This document shows, one piece after another, positions 29,785 to 39,590 of a stretch of DNA of 64,000 nt (position 1 is the stretch's first letter; each line of letters begins with the position of its first letter). The stretch spans positions 95,735 to 159,734 of the forward strand of contig CAWEUD010000041.1 in NCBI GenBank assembly GCA_963812115.1, in the 5' to 3' direction. The notes under the pieces were generated by a model. It searched no databases. It was not told the DNA's origin and worked only from the letters and a program-made list of their open reading frames with translations. Source of the stretch: an uncultured Chloroflexia bacterium. GTDB taxonomy: Bacteria; Chloroflexota; Limnocylindria; QHBO01. The position numbers and the translations under genes are program-made.

Positions 29785-30639
29785 ATGAGTGGCATGCGAA
29801 CCCGCGACGCGCGGCTGGTCATCTTCGACCTCGACGGCGTCATCTACCGCGGCGGAGAGGCAATTCCCGGCGCCCCGGCGCTGGTCAACGCCGTGCGAGC
29901 CAGCGGCCGCATTACCAGCTTCGCGACCAACAACTCGATGGCCACCCGCGCCGACTACGTGCATCGCCTGGCCGCGCATGGCATCACCGCATCGGTCGAC
30001 GAGATCGTGACCTCCAGCTCGGCGACGGTGGAGCACCTGCGGCACCACCTGCCGGAGGTTCGGAGCGTCCTTGCGGTTGGCGCCGATGGGCTCCTCGCCG
30101 AGCTGCGCGGCGGGGGCCTGCAGGCGACGGCGGCAGCCGACGGTGCTCCCGAGGACTGGAACGGAGAGCCGCTGGCCGAACGGTACGACGCGGTGGTGGC
30201 CGGGCTCGACCAGGCGATCGACTACCGCCGGCTGGGCATCGCCGGCATCGCCATCCGCAGCGGGGCGCGCTTCATCGCCACCAACGCCGACGTGCGGTAC
30301 CCGACCCCGGCCGGCTTCGTGCCGGGCGCGGGGGCCATCGTGGTCGCGCTGCAGGCCACGTCGGGCGTCGATCCGGTGGTGATCGGCAAGCCGCAACCGG
30401 CCATGTTCCAGGCGATCCTGGATCGCGTCCGCGTGCCTCCGCGGGAGGGGCTGGTGGTCGGCGACAATCCAGATGCCGATGTCGTCGCTGCCCGACGCGC
30501 GGGGATCCCTTCGGTCCTCGTCCTGACGGGCGTGGCCGACAGCGCCATGGCCGGCTCTCTCGAAGGCGAGCGACGGCCCGACCACGTGGTCGATGGACCA
30601 GAGGGCGTCGCGGCGCTGCTGGGGGTCTCCCTCAGCTGA
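29785..30639 (+). CDS. HAD-IIA (NagD-like) hydrolase
   Basis: DLDGV, TNN, IGKP, VGDNPDADV. Confidence 0.92.
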   Translation: MSGMRTRDARLVIFDLDGVIYRGGEAIPGAPALVNAVRASGRITSFATNNSMATRADYVHRLAAHGITASVDEIVTSSSATVEHLRHHLPEVRSVLAVGADGLLAELRGGGLQATAAADGAPEDWNGEPLAERYDAVVAGLDQAIDYRRLGIAGIAIRSGARFIATNADVRYPTPAGFVPGAGAIVVALQATSGVDPVVIGKPQPAMFQAILDRVRVPPREGLVVGDNPDADVVAARRAGIPSVLVLTGVADSAMAGSLEGERRPDHVVDGPEGVAALLGVSLS

Positions 30640-31660
30640 TGCTGCTGCCGGCCCAGTCCGTCCAGGCGCGCTCGGCGTCGGCGAGGAGCGGACGCACGAT
30701 GGTCGGTCCCGAGAAGGCGCGACGGAACCCGTTGACGGCGATCTCGGCCAGCTCGCCACGAGTCAGGTCCATCTCCGCGGCGACGCGCGCGTACTCCTCG
30801 CTGAGCCGAGTCCCCGAGACCGTGAGCTCGTCGGTGGAGAGGGTCACGCTCACGCCGGCGCGGTGCAGCCTTGCCAGTGGATGCTCCGCGATGGAGCCGA
30901 CGATCGCGGCCTGGACGTTGGAGGTGGGGCACATGTCGAGCGTCACGTCCTCGTCGCGGACGCGCGCAACGAGCTTCGGATCCTCGATCACGGTCACGCC
31001 GTGCGCGATGCGCTGCACGCCGAAGGCGAGCACCTCGGTGATCCGCTCCGGCCCGGCCACTTCGCCTGCGTGGGCCGTGAGCGCGAGGCCCCCCTCGCGC
31101 GCCGCCACGAAGGCGGCGGCGTGGGGAGGTGCGGGATACTCGGCCTCGGGGCCCGCCAGGTCGAACGCGACGATCGGCGCGCCCATGGCGGCTGCCGTAC
31201 GGGCAAGCAGCACGTTCGCAGCCGGCGGATGGGAGCGCATGGCGGTCACGATCAGGCCGACGTGCGGGCCGGGGGCATCGAGCACGCCCTCTGCGACGGC
31301 CTCGATCACCTCCGCCACGGAGAGGCCGCCCTCCAGGTGCAGTCGTGGGGCCCATCGGATCTCCGCGTACCGGATCCCATCGGCGGCCAGGTCCTCCACC
31401 AGCTCGCGGCCTGCCCGTCGGAGCGCGTCGCGCGTCTGGAGCAGGGAGATCGGCAGGTCGAAATGGGCGAGGAGCGCCGCCTGGCTGCCGCAGCGCGGCG
31501 GTGCAACCATCCGCGCCCGCGCCTCATCGAGCGTGAGCGGCTGGCCGGTCGCAGCCGCGAGCTCGACGGCGGTTGTCAGGCGCATCGACCCGTCCAGGTG
31601 CTGGTGCAGCTCGGCCTTGGGGAGCTGCCGGAATGCGCCTGGATCTTGGCGAGGTTGCAC
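30632..31660 (-). CDS. add: Adenosine deaminase
   Basis: LPKAELHQHLDGS, YAEIRWAP, AHAGE, RIAHG, CPTSN, STDE. Confidence 0.88.
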   Translation of the reverse strand: MQPRQDPGAFRQLPKAELHQHLDGSMRLTTAVELAAATGQPLTLDEARARMVAPPRCGSQAALLAHFDLPISLLQTRDALRRAGRELVEDLAADGIRYAEIRWAPRLHLEGGLSVAEVIEAVAEGVLDAPGPHVGLIVTAMRSHPPAANVLLARTAAAMGAPIVAFDLAGPEAEYPAPPHAAAFVAAREGGLALTAHAGEVAGPERITEVLAFGVQRIAHGVTVIEDPKLVARVRDEDVTLDMCPTSNVQAAIVGSIAEHPLARLHRAGVSVTLSTDELTVSGTRLSEEYARVAAEMDLTRGELAEIAVNGFRRAFSGPTIVRPLLADAERAWTDWAGSSIS

Positions 31661-31666
31661 GCCCGC

Positions 31667-32572
31667 ATGATAGGTGGGCTGTCTGGCCGCCGCCGCCCGC
31701 CGAAGGGCCGAATGCTCGGGCTCGCCGCCGCCCTCGCGCTGGGCGTGCTGCTCAGCGCGAGGCCTGCCGTCGCGAGCCCCGGCGTCGATCCCACCCAGGC
31801 CGCGCGCGAAGCGCACCTGCGGGCGGTGGCCGCCGACGCGGACGCCGCCTGGTCCGAGCTGGAGCGGCAGCTGGACAGTGCCCGCGACGCCGCGCGGCAG
31901 GGAGCAGCGCTCGTCGTCGAGGGGGATGCTGCCCCGCAGGAGGCGCTCGGCCTTGCGGCCGATCGGATCGAGCAGGCCGAGCCGATTGCGGCGCGTGCCA
32001 CATCCGCGGCCCGGCGCCTGCGCGGTACGCTCGCGTCGGTGCGTCCCGGCCGGGAGACGGCGATTCCGCAGCTGCCCACGGCCGGAGACCTGGCCGGCAT
32101 CGCGCGGCAGCTCCGCTCGGCGGGTGACGCAGCCGGTCCGTTCCTGGAGCGTCGACACGCCGCCGAGGCGACGCTCCAGGAGCTGCGACGCGCGCTCGCG
32201 GCGCTCGAGGGCAACGACCTGGACGCGGCGAGCCAGGCGCTTGATTCGGCTGCTGCGTCGCGCGATGTGCTCGCCGAGTGGCCGGAACCACCGGCCACGC
32301 TTGGTCTCTGGCTGGAGACGACCGGCACGATGATCGGCGCCGCCGGCGAGATCGTCGAGGCGGCGCGCGCCGGGGACGCTGCGGCCGCACAGCGAGCGGC
32401 GGACGCGTACGCCGCCGCGGCGGGTGATGCGCACCGGGCCGACGTCTCGCTGGGGCTCTCGCTGTCCGAGACCGGCGCTGGCCTGACCGGCACCCCGCTG
32501 CGACGCCTCGCGGACGCGCTGGCCGTCATCGAGGGGGCCCGCGCGGAGGCGGGGTCGCTGCAGCAGCGGTAA
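31667..32572 (+). CDS. Ala-rich secreted/membrane-anchored hypothetical protein
   Basis: Signal-like N-terminus (alternative start 31712), helical Ala-rich body; fills the gap between add and pepA. Confidence 0.65.
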   Translation: MIGGLSGRRRPPKGRMLGLAAALALGVLLSARPAVASPGVDPTQAAREAHLRAVAADADAAWSELERQLDSARDAARQGAALVVEGDAAPQEALGLAADRIEQAEPIAARATSAARRLRGTLASVRPGRETAIPQLPTAGDLAGIARQLRSAGDAAGPFLERRHAAEATLQELRRALAALEGNDLDAASQALDSAAASRDVLAEWPEPPATLGLWLETTGTMIGAAGEIVEAARAGDAAAAQRAADAYAAAAGDAHRADVSLGLSLSETGAGLTGTPLRRLADALAVIEGARAEAGSLQQR

Positions 32573-32654
32573 CCGAGCGTCGGTCTATACTCGTTTGACC
32601 GGGTACACCTTCCTATGGCCCGGCTGCCCGTTACCACCACCCAAGGAGGGGTGC

Positions 32655-34139
32655 ATGCGCTTTCGCGCTGAATCGGCCGATCCAGCCGCCGTTCAGGCCG
32701 ATGTCCTGGCGATTCCCATCTACAAGGAAGACCGTGAGATCAGCGGTGACCTCGCCAAGCTCGACGCCGCGACCGGGGGGCGTATCAGCCACGCCATCGA
32801 TTGGGGCGAGTTCAACATCGTCGAGCACTACACCGCGCTGATCGACGCGGGCCCGATCGCGGCCGAAAAGATCCTGCTGGTGAATGGCATCCGCCGCGGC
32901 CGCGGACCGTGGCGTGCACGACGCATCGCCTCCATCGCGACCCGCAGGCTGCAGGGCCGCGGCGTCGAGCGCATGGCCCTCTGGCTGCGTGATGGGGAGG
33001 ACGACTTCGGCTTCAGCGCCGCGGTCGTGGGAGCGATGCAGGGGACCTATCGGCCCCACGCCTTCTACGGCCGGGTGCGGGACACCGAGGCGATGCTGCG
33101 AAGCGTGCCGGAGGTCGTGTTCATCGGCGAGCATCCGCCGGCCACTGACGTGATCGAGCGGGCGGCGAGCGTCGCGGAGGGGGTCGAGTTCGGACGGAGC
33201 CTCGCCAACCGGGCGTCCAACGACCTCTACCCCGAGAAGATGGCCGAGATCGCCCGGGAGTTCACCGCCGAGGGGTGCACCGTCGAGGTGCTGGGCGTGC
33301 CCGAGATGGAGGCGCTCGGCATGGGAGCCCTGCTCGGCGTGGGGCAGGGAGCGACGCATGAGCCGCGGCTGGTCGCTGTCAAGCTGCCCGGCTGGGAGAA
33401 AGCAGCGCCCGAGCGGCGGCTCGCGATCGTGGGCAAGGGGGTCTGCTTCGACTCCGGTGGGATCAGCATCAAGGCGGCCGCCAGCATGGAAGAGATGAAG
33501 CACGACAAGTCGGGCGCGGCGGCCGTCATCGCGGCCATCCGGACGCTCGCGCGGATCGCGCCCGACGCGCCGATCATGGCCGTGGCGCCAATGGTCGAGA
33601 ACATGCCCGGCGGGAACGCCCAGCGGCCCGGCGACGTGGTCAAGGCGATGAACGGGAAGACGATCGAGATCACCAACACCGATGCCGAGGGCCGCCTGAT
33701 CCTGGCCGATGCCCTGCACTGGGCCGAGACCCAGGGGGCGACCCATCTCGTCGACGTGGCCACCCTCACCGGTGCAGCGTCGGTCGCGCTCGGCAACCTG
33801 ATCAGCGGCTACTTCGCACGGCCACGGGATTGGGGTGCCGAGGTACAGCGAGCGGCGGACGAGTCCGGCGAATGGTTCTGGGAGCTCCCCCTGGCGACCG
33901 AGTACCGGCCCGCCTACGACTCGGCGCACGCGGACATGGTCAACTCGGGTAGTCGCGACGGGTCACTCATCAAGAGCGCCGTCTTCCTGTCGGAGTTCGC
34001 GACGGTGCCCTGGGTCCACGTGGATATCGCCGGAACGGCCTACCTCACCGCCGATAAGGCGGTCGGCCCGAAGGGAGCGCTCGGGACGGCAGTCTCGACC
34101 CTGGTGCAGCTGGCGCTCGACTACAGCGCGGCGGGCTGA
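32655..34139 (+). CDS. pepA: Leucyl aminopeptidase (M17)
   Basis: GKGVCFDSGG, MKHDKSG, NTDAEGRL, ATLTGA, HVDIAGT; AAGGAGG RBS. Confidence 0.93.
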   Translation: MRFRAESADPAAVQADVLAIPIYKEDREISGDLAKLDAATGGRISHAIDWGEFNIVEHYTALIDAGPIAAEKILLVNGIRRGRGPWRARRIASIATRRLQGRGVERMALWLRDGEDDFGFSAAVVGAMQGTYRPHAFYGRVRDTEAMLRSVPEVVFIGEHPPATDVIERAASVAEGVEFGRSLANRASNDLYPEKMAEIAREFTAEGCTVEVLGVPEMEALGMGALLGVGQGATHEPRLVAVKLPGWEKAAPERRLAIVGKGVCFDSGGISIKAAASMEEMKHDKSGAAAVIAAIRTLARIAPDAPIMAVAPMVENMPGGNAQRPGDVVKAMNGKTIEITNTDAEGRLILADALHWAETQGATHLVDVATLTGAASVALGNLISGYFARPRDWGAEVQRAADESGEWFWELPLATEYRPAYDSAHADMVNSGSRDGSLIKSAVFLSEFATVPWVHVDIAGTAYLTADKAVGPKGALGTAVSTLVQLALDYSAAG

Positions 34140-34160
34140 GCGCTCCGGCAGCGCGGTCAT

Positions 34161-34191
34161 GACGGGACCCCGCCATCAGCGGGGTCCCGTC
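34161..34191. terminator. Hairpin between convergent genes
   Basis: GACGGGACCCCGC-N5-GCGGGGTCCCGTC. Confidence 0.72.
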
Positions 34192-34211
34192 GTACTCGTC
34201 GCGGTCCGAGG

Positions 34212-34403
34212 TCAGTCCTCGTCCTTGTCGGTCATGTCGCGAACGGATTCCTTCGCGCTGCCGATGCCCTGCTGGGCCTTTCCCTCGATCTGCTCGGCCT
34301 CGCCTTCGGCCTCGGTGCTCTCGTCGTTGGTGAGATCACCCCACGCCTCCTTGACGGACCCCATCCCCTCCTTGGCCTTGCCCTTCATCTCGTCGCTGTC
34401 CAT
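34212..34403 (-). CDS. csbD: CsbD family stress protein
   Basis: KGKAKE..G.VKEAWGDLT.D....EG..EQ..GK.Q; GAGGTGA RBS. Confidence 0.9.
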   Translation of the reverse strand: MDSDEMKGKAKEGMGSVKEAWGDLTNDESTEAEGEAEQIEGKAQQGIGSAKESVRDMTDKDED

Positions 34404-34539
34404 GATCCTCACCTCGTGCTTGCTTGGTTGACGGCGGCGCAGGCGCCGGCCACTTGACCCGGATCGCACGTCTCGTGCCAGTCGAGCGCGGCCTGGCCGG
34501 GTAGCATGCCGCCGTGCCAAGCGCGATGAGACCCCGGGC

Positions 34540-35229
34540 GTGAGCGTGCTGGCGGTGATCGCCGGCATCGCCTTCGCCGTGCTGGGCGCGGCGGCGGAGC
34601 GGCTGGCATCGTTCTGGCCGGCCGACGAGGCGTTACGTCGTCGCCCGGGACTCCGGACCTTCCTGCTGGCGCTCTTCGCCGGCGCCGCAGGCTGGGCAGT
34701 TGCCGCCAGGTCGGAGCTGCCGTGGTGGGCGACGGCCGCCTACCTCGCGCTGCTCGTCCCCCTCGTCCTGCTGGCCGCCACGGACCTCGAGCAACGCCGC
34801 CTCCCGCACCTGCTGCTCGACCCGCTGATCGTGGGCGCCGCCGTCTTCGTGCCGTTCAACCCGGCTGTCGATCCGCTCTCGGCCCTCGTCGGCGCCGCCA
34901 TCGCCGTCGCGTTCCTGGGCTTGCTGGGCGTGATCGTCCGTGCCGGCGTCGCGACGGGGGACCTCTACCTCGTGGCGCCGCTGGGGCTGATGCTCGGCTG
35001 GGAGGGCGTCTTCGTGGCCATCTTCCTGGCAGCGCTGCTGTCGGCGGCGACCAGTCTGGTGCTGCTCGCCAGCCGGCGAGTCGGCCTCAAGAGCTACATC
35101 CCGTTCGGCCCGTTCCTCGTCGCCGGCGCGGTGATCACCCTGGTGCGCGACGAGCGGATCCTTGGCGCAAGCGCGAGCCTCGGGGGCGCCGTGGTCGGAT
35201 CCGCGCTCAGGGTCCTGTTGGGCGGGTAG
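34540..35229 (+). CDS. Prepilin peptidase (A24)
   Basis: TDLEQRRLP, GD motif, IPFGPFL. Confidence 0.87.
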   Translation: MSVLAVIAGIAFAVLGAAAERLASFWPADEALRRRPGLRTFLLALFAGAAGWAVAARSELPWWATAAYLALLVPLVLLAATDLEQRRLPHLLLDPLIVGAAVFVPFNPAVDPLSALVGAAIAVAFLGLLGVIVRAGVATGDLYLVAPLGLMLGWEGVFVAIFLAALLSAATSLVLLASRRVGLKSYIPFGPFLVAGAVITLVRDERILGASASLGGAVVGSALRVLLGG

Positions 35230-35379
35230 CCCATTCGGCACGCTGCAGGAGGTTGACCGTTTCCGGTATCCTTCCGGAGCCTCCCCGGGAGTGCAGTTGC
35301 CGCCTTTCGGTGGACGGGGACGACGCTCGCTGGCCGTCGAGTCTCCGACCGGAGCGGGCAGGCGCGCAAAGCGGAGCTC

Positions 35380-36678
35380 ATGTCGATCGTCATACGCCGT
35401 CTCGCGTTCATCCTCGCGCTCCTGGTCCTGGTCATGGCCACGGCCCCGGGCAGCGTGCGCCAGCCGGTACGCGCCGACGATCCGAACGTCAACGACGCCA
35501 TCGCCCAGCAGGCGCGCATGGAGGCGGAGCTGTCACGCCAGCGCAGCCAGCTCGACCAGCTCAGGCGGCAGCAGGCAGATCTGACGACCAGCCTGTCGGA
35601 GCTCGAGGAGCAGCTCGGATCGGTCGGCCTCAAGCTCGACGAGGCGCTCCAGAAGCTCAACCTGGTCACCCGCAACCTCGATCGTTCCCGCGCCGACCTC
35701 GAGCGCTATCGGCTTCAGATCAAGAACTTCGAGGCCGATATCGACCGGCTCGCCATCGACATTCGCCAGACCGGGCAGGACCTGTCGGCGCGTGAGAGCC
35801 TGCTCGAGGACCACCTCAAGGCTGCCTACGAGCAGTCGCAGACCTCGATCCTGGAGATCCTCCTCTCGACCGACTCCTTCACCAAGGCCTCGAACCAGCT
35901 GACCTCCATGCTGACGCTCTCCGAGGAAGATCGGCAGCTCGCCGATGAGATCCGCGGCGTCCGGGATCGGCTCCAGATCCGCCGCCAGATGCTCCGCGAC
36001 GGCCGCGCCTCGCTCGCCGACCTGCGCAATGCCGAGGCGCAGCGAGCCGATGACCTGGCCAAGCAGCAGGAGCAGGTAGACGCGGCGCGCAAGGAGCTCG
36101 AGGAGTACCAGAAGCAGCTCGAGGAGCTGCAGGCCGAGCAGCAGCTCGAGCTGGCGGCGGCCGAGTCGAAGGCGCTGGAGACCGCCGACGTCATCGCCCA
36201 GCAGGAGCGCGACCTGGAGGCTCAGCAGGCCCTGGTCGATCAGCTCAAGGACCAGGCGGACGAGCTGGACATCGCCTACCGGGGCCGGTTCGACTGGCCC
36301 GAACGCGGCCAGTTCTTCGTCACCCAGGAGTACGGCCACACCTCGTTCAGCTCCTTCCACACGGGCATCGACATGGCCTACCGGACGCCGCACTGCGGCG
36401 GACCCATCTACGCCGCGGCTGACGGCGTGGTGCTGGCCGATGGGCGCCCGAACCTGAAGTACGGCGATACGGCCATCGGCGTGGTGATCGGCCACAGCCA
36501 GCGCCTCCAGACGTGGTACTGGCACATGTCGCGCGAGGTGGTCAGCGTCGGAGACACGGTGCTCACCGGGCAGATCATCGGCTACGAAGGAGCCACCGGC
36601 ATCGCCACCGGCTGCCACCTGCACTTCCAGGTCATGTTCGACGGCTCGCCCGCCAGCCCCAGGAACTACCTGCCGTAG
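35380..36678 (+). CDS. Coiled-coil + M23 peptidoglycan endopeptidase
   Basis: Signal peptide, long coiled coil, HTGID, YWHM, TGCHLHF. Confidence 0.92.
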   Translation: MSIVIRRLAFILALLVLVMATAPGSVRQPVRADDPNVNDAIAQQARMEAELSRQRSQLDQLRRQQADLTTSLSELEEQLGSVGLKLDEALQKLNLVTRNLDRSRADLERYRLQIKNFEADIDRLAIDIRQTGQDLSARESLLEDHLKAAYEQSQTSILEILLSTDSFTKASNQLTSMLTLSEEDRQLADEIRGVRDRLQIRRQMLRDGRASLADLRNAEAQRADDLAKQQEQVDAARKELEEYQKQLEELQAEQQLELAAAESKALETADVIAQQERDLEAQQALVDQLKDQADELDIAYRGRFDWPERGQFFVTQEYGHTSFSSFHTGIDMAYRTPHCGGPIYAAADGVVLADGRPNLKYGDTAIGVVIGHSQRLQTWYWHMSREVVSVGDTVLTGQIIGYEGATGIATGCHLHFQVMFDGSPASPRNYLP

Positions 36679-36751
36679 CAGCCTTGCCCGTCGCGGCGCT
36701 GCGCCGTGCGCGATTCGACCCCGCGACCCGGTTGGGGTACCGTAGCGCCTG

Positions 36752-39559
36752 ATGCATCCGGCCATGCAGCGGCGGCGCCATCGGTTGATGGTGCGCCGCA
36801 CGACCCGCCGTGGCGCGCCCCGGCGCGGACTGGCTACCGCCTTCCTCGTCATGACGGGCCTCTTCGTGCTGTTCGTCGGCGGCGCCGTGGCGGGCACCGC
36901 GGGCGGTCTCCTGGCCGCCTACAACTACTTCGAGAGCGGCCTGCCGGACCCGCGGCTGCTGGACGACATCGCACTGCCTGCCTCGACCTACGTCTACGAC
37001 AGGACCGGGAAGACGCTCCTCGCGCGCTTCGAGTGCCAGAACCGCGAGCAGGTCACGTTCGGCGAGCTGCCGAGCGACGTCGTGAACGCCACGGTGGCGG
37101 CGGAGGATCGCACCTTCTGGAGCAACGACGGGGTCGACTACCAGGCCGTTGCCGCTGCGGTGGTGCAGAACCTGGAAGCCGGCCAGATCGTGCGCGGGGC
37201 GAGCACCATCACCGCCCAGGTGATCAAGTACGCCGGATCGATCAAGCAGGCCGGGGAGCAGGCGGCCAGTCCCAGCGCGACGGGTCCGGTCGCGACCAAT
37301 GAGCTGGATCCCATCGCAACCGACGCCCCCGAGCAGGACGTCTGCCAGCCGCCCGAGCTCACGTTCCTGGAGGGACGTGGCTACGAGGACAAGATCCGCG
37401 AGTTCATCCTGGCCCGCGAGATGACGGCCGCCTACCCCGGCCGCGGCGGCAAGGAGAAGATCCTCGAGACGTACCTCAACCTCATCTTCTACGGGAACGG
37501 CTCCTACGGGATCAAGGCGGCGGCGGCGAACTACTTCGGCATCTCGGACCTGGATACGCTCACCATCGCGCAGTCGGCCTTCCTGGCGGGCCTGCCGCAG
37601 CTGCCATCGGCCTACGACCCCTACTACCAGGACCAGGGCCCGGAGCGGGCCATCGCGCGCCGAAACACCGTCCTCGGCTTCATGCTGCGTGATGGCTACA
37701 TCACCCAGCGCGAGTACGACCAGGCGCGCCTGACGACGTGGCAGGAGATGGGGCCGAACCGCATCACGTCGGTGCTGCTGGAGCCGCAATTCAGCTTCCG
37801 CGTGCGACGCGAGGCGGAGCGGATCCTGGAGGGGTTGGGCGTGCCAAACCCGGAGCAGGCGGTGCGCACGGGTGGGTACCGCATCACCACCACGCTCGAC
37901 TACAACCTGCAGCAGGCGGCGAAGGAGCAGGTGGTTGTCAACGTCGACAAGCTGAAGGACTTCAACGTCAACAACGGGGCGCTCGTCTCGATCGACTCCG
38001 GCACGGGCGAGATCATCGCGTACGTCGGGAGCGTGGACTACTACAACCGCGAGGACCCGCGCGTGCAGGGCCAGTTCGACGTGGCCGGCCTCGGCCTGCG
38101 CCAGCCGGGCTCCGCGTACAAGCCGATCACCTACTCCTCCGCCTTCGTGGCGCGCGAGGCGACGCCGGCGACCTTCTTCGTGGACGCCGTGACCCAGTTC
38201 GGCACCGATCGTCCGACCAGCTACATGCCGACCAACGCCGACATCCACGACCACGGCCCGCTGCTGGCCACCGACGCGCTGCGCTACTCGCTCAACGTCC
38301 CGTCGGTGATGATGCAGTACCTCGTCGGCCCGGCCGTCACGGCGCAGTTCTCCGAGGCGATGGGGATCGCCAGCGCGGACTACATCAACAACCTCGATCC
38401 CGGGCTCACCCTGACGCTCGGATCGGTCCCGGTGAACCTCACCAACATGACCGGCGCCTACGGCGTCTTCGCGGCGCAGGGCACGCTGCATCCGCCCACC
38501 GCCATCCGCGAGATCCGCGACCGCAACAACCGCGTCGTCTACACACGCGAGGACGACGGGCCGCAGACGGGCCACCCCATGACGCCGTCCGAGGCGTACC
38601 TGACGCACTGGATCCTGGAGGGGAACACGAACCCGCGGACGAACGTCGTCTGGGGATCGCGCGCCGAGCTGACCGATGCCAACGGCACCCGCCGCCACGC
38701 GGGCTTCAAGACCGGGACCACGAACGACTTCCGCGACGTCTCCGGGTTCGGCTACGTTCCCGGCTCCCTGGTCACCGGGGTGTGGATGGGCAACAACAAC
38801 CAGGAGCCGATGTCGAACCAGTTCAGCCGCGGCCTGTTCAGCGCCGATGGGCCGCTCTACCTCTGGCACGACTTCATGCAGATCGCGCTGAACCAGCCGT
38901 GGGACTGGAACAACCAGCAGCCCGTTCCGCAAACCGACTTCGCGCAGCCGAGCGGCGTCGTCACTGCCAGCGTCTGCCGCTTCAGCGGCATGGCCGCGAC
39001 CGGCGCCTGTGGCCAGACGTGGACGATGCCATTCCTGGAGGGGACCGTCCCGCCGCCCGACAACGTCCACTCCGGGGGCTGCTTCGACATCGAGCGCGAG
39101 GTGGCCCAGGACGACCGACGACCCGACGAGTGGATCAGGTCGGCGAAGGACTTCGCCGACCGCCTCGTCAACGGTGAGACCGGGGCCATCGGCGATCCGA
39201 CAGAGCTCAAGGCGAATCCCAAGTACCGGCTCGCGATTCGCCCGGTCAACGGCAACAGCGGCTACGGGCAGCCGATCTGCGGTGACCTGAAGGCGACGCC
39301 CAAGCCGAAGCCGACGCCCAAGGCGACGCCGACACAGAGCGGCGGCGGTGGGCCGAAGCCGACGAAGCCGCCACCCACCCCTGCGGGGAGCAAGTGCCCC
39401 GGGAACGGCTGCCCGACGACGAACGCCGCGCCAGCCGCAGTCTCGCCGTCCGCCTCGCAGGAGCCGCCGCAGGTGATGGTCGCGCTGCTCGGCGTATCGA
39501 CGCTCGTCTCGGCCGTGCCGATGGTCGGCCGGCTGCGGAGGCGTCTGAAGCGGCGCTGA
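36752..39559 (+). CDS. Class A penicillin-binding protein (transglycosylase-transpeptidase)
   Basis: EDRTF, GASTITAQ, YLN; RQPGSAYKP (SxxK), SLN, KTGT. Confidence 0.93.
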   Translation: MHPAMQRRRHRLMVRRTTRRGAPRRGLATAFLVMTGLFVLFVGGAVAGTAGGLLAAYNYFESGLPDPRLLDDIALPASTYVYDRTGKTLLARFECQNREQVTFGELPSDVVNATVAAEDRTFWSNDGVDYQAVAAAVVQNLEAGQIVRGASTITAQVIKYAGSIKQAGEQAASPSATGPVATNELDPIATDAPEQDVCQPPELTFLEGRGYEDKIREFILAREMTAAYPGRGGKEKILETYLNLIFYGNGSYGIKAAAANYFGISDLDTLTIAQSAFLAGLPQLPSAYDPYYQDQGPERAIARRNTVLGFMLRDGYITQREYDQARLTTWQEMGPNRITSVLLEPQFSFRVRREAERILEGLGVPNPEQAVRTGGYRITTTLDYNLQQAAKEQVVVNVDKLKDFNVNNGALVSIDSGTGEIIAYVGSVDYYNREDPRVQGQFDVAGLGLRQPGSAYKPITYSSAFVAREATPATFFVDAVTQFGTDRPTSYMPTNADIHDHGPLLATDALRYSLNVPSVMMQYLVGPAVTAQFSEAMGIASADYINNLDPGLTLTLGSVPVNLTNMTGAYGVFAAQGTLHPPTAIREIRDRNNRVVYTREDDGPQTGHPMTPSEAYLTHWILEGNTNPRTNVVWGSRAELTDANGTRRHAGFKTGTTNDFRDVSGFGYVPGSLVTGVWMGNNNQEPMSNQFSRGLFSADGPLYLWHDFMQIALNQPWDWNNQQPVPQTDFAQPSGVVTASVCRFSGMAATGACGQTWTMPFLEGTVPPPDNVHSGGCFDIEREVAQDDRRPDEWIRSAKDFADRLVNGETGAIGDPTELKANPKYRLAIRPVNGNSGYGQPICGDLKATPKPKPTPKATPTQSGGGGPKPTKPPPTPAGSKCPGNGCPTTNAAPAAVSPSASQEPPQVMVALLGVSTLVSAVPMVGRLRRRLKRR

Positions 39560-39590
39560 TCTGCGCAGCGCACGTGCGACAATTCGAGGC

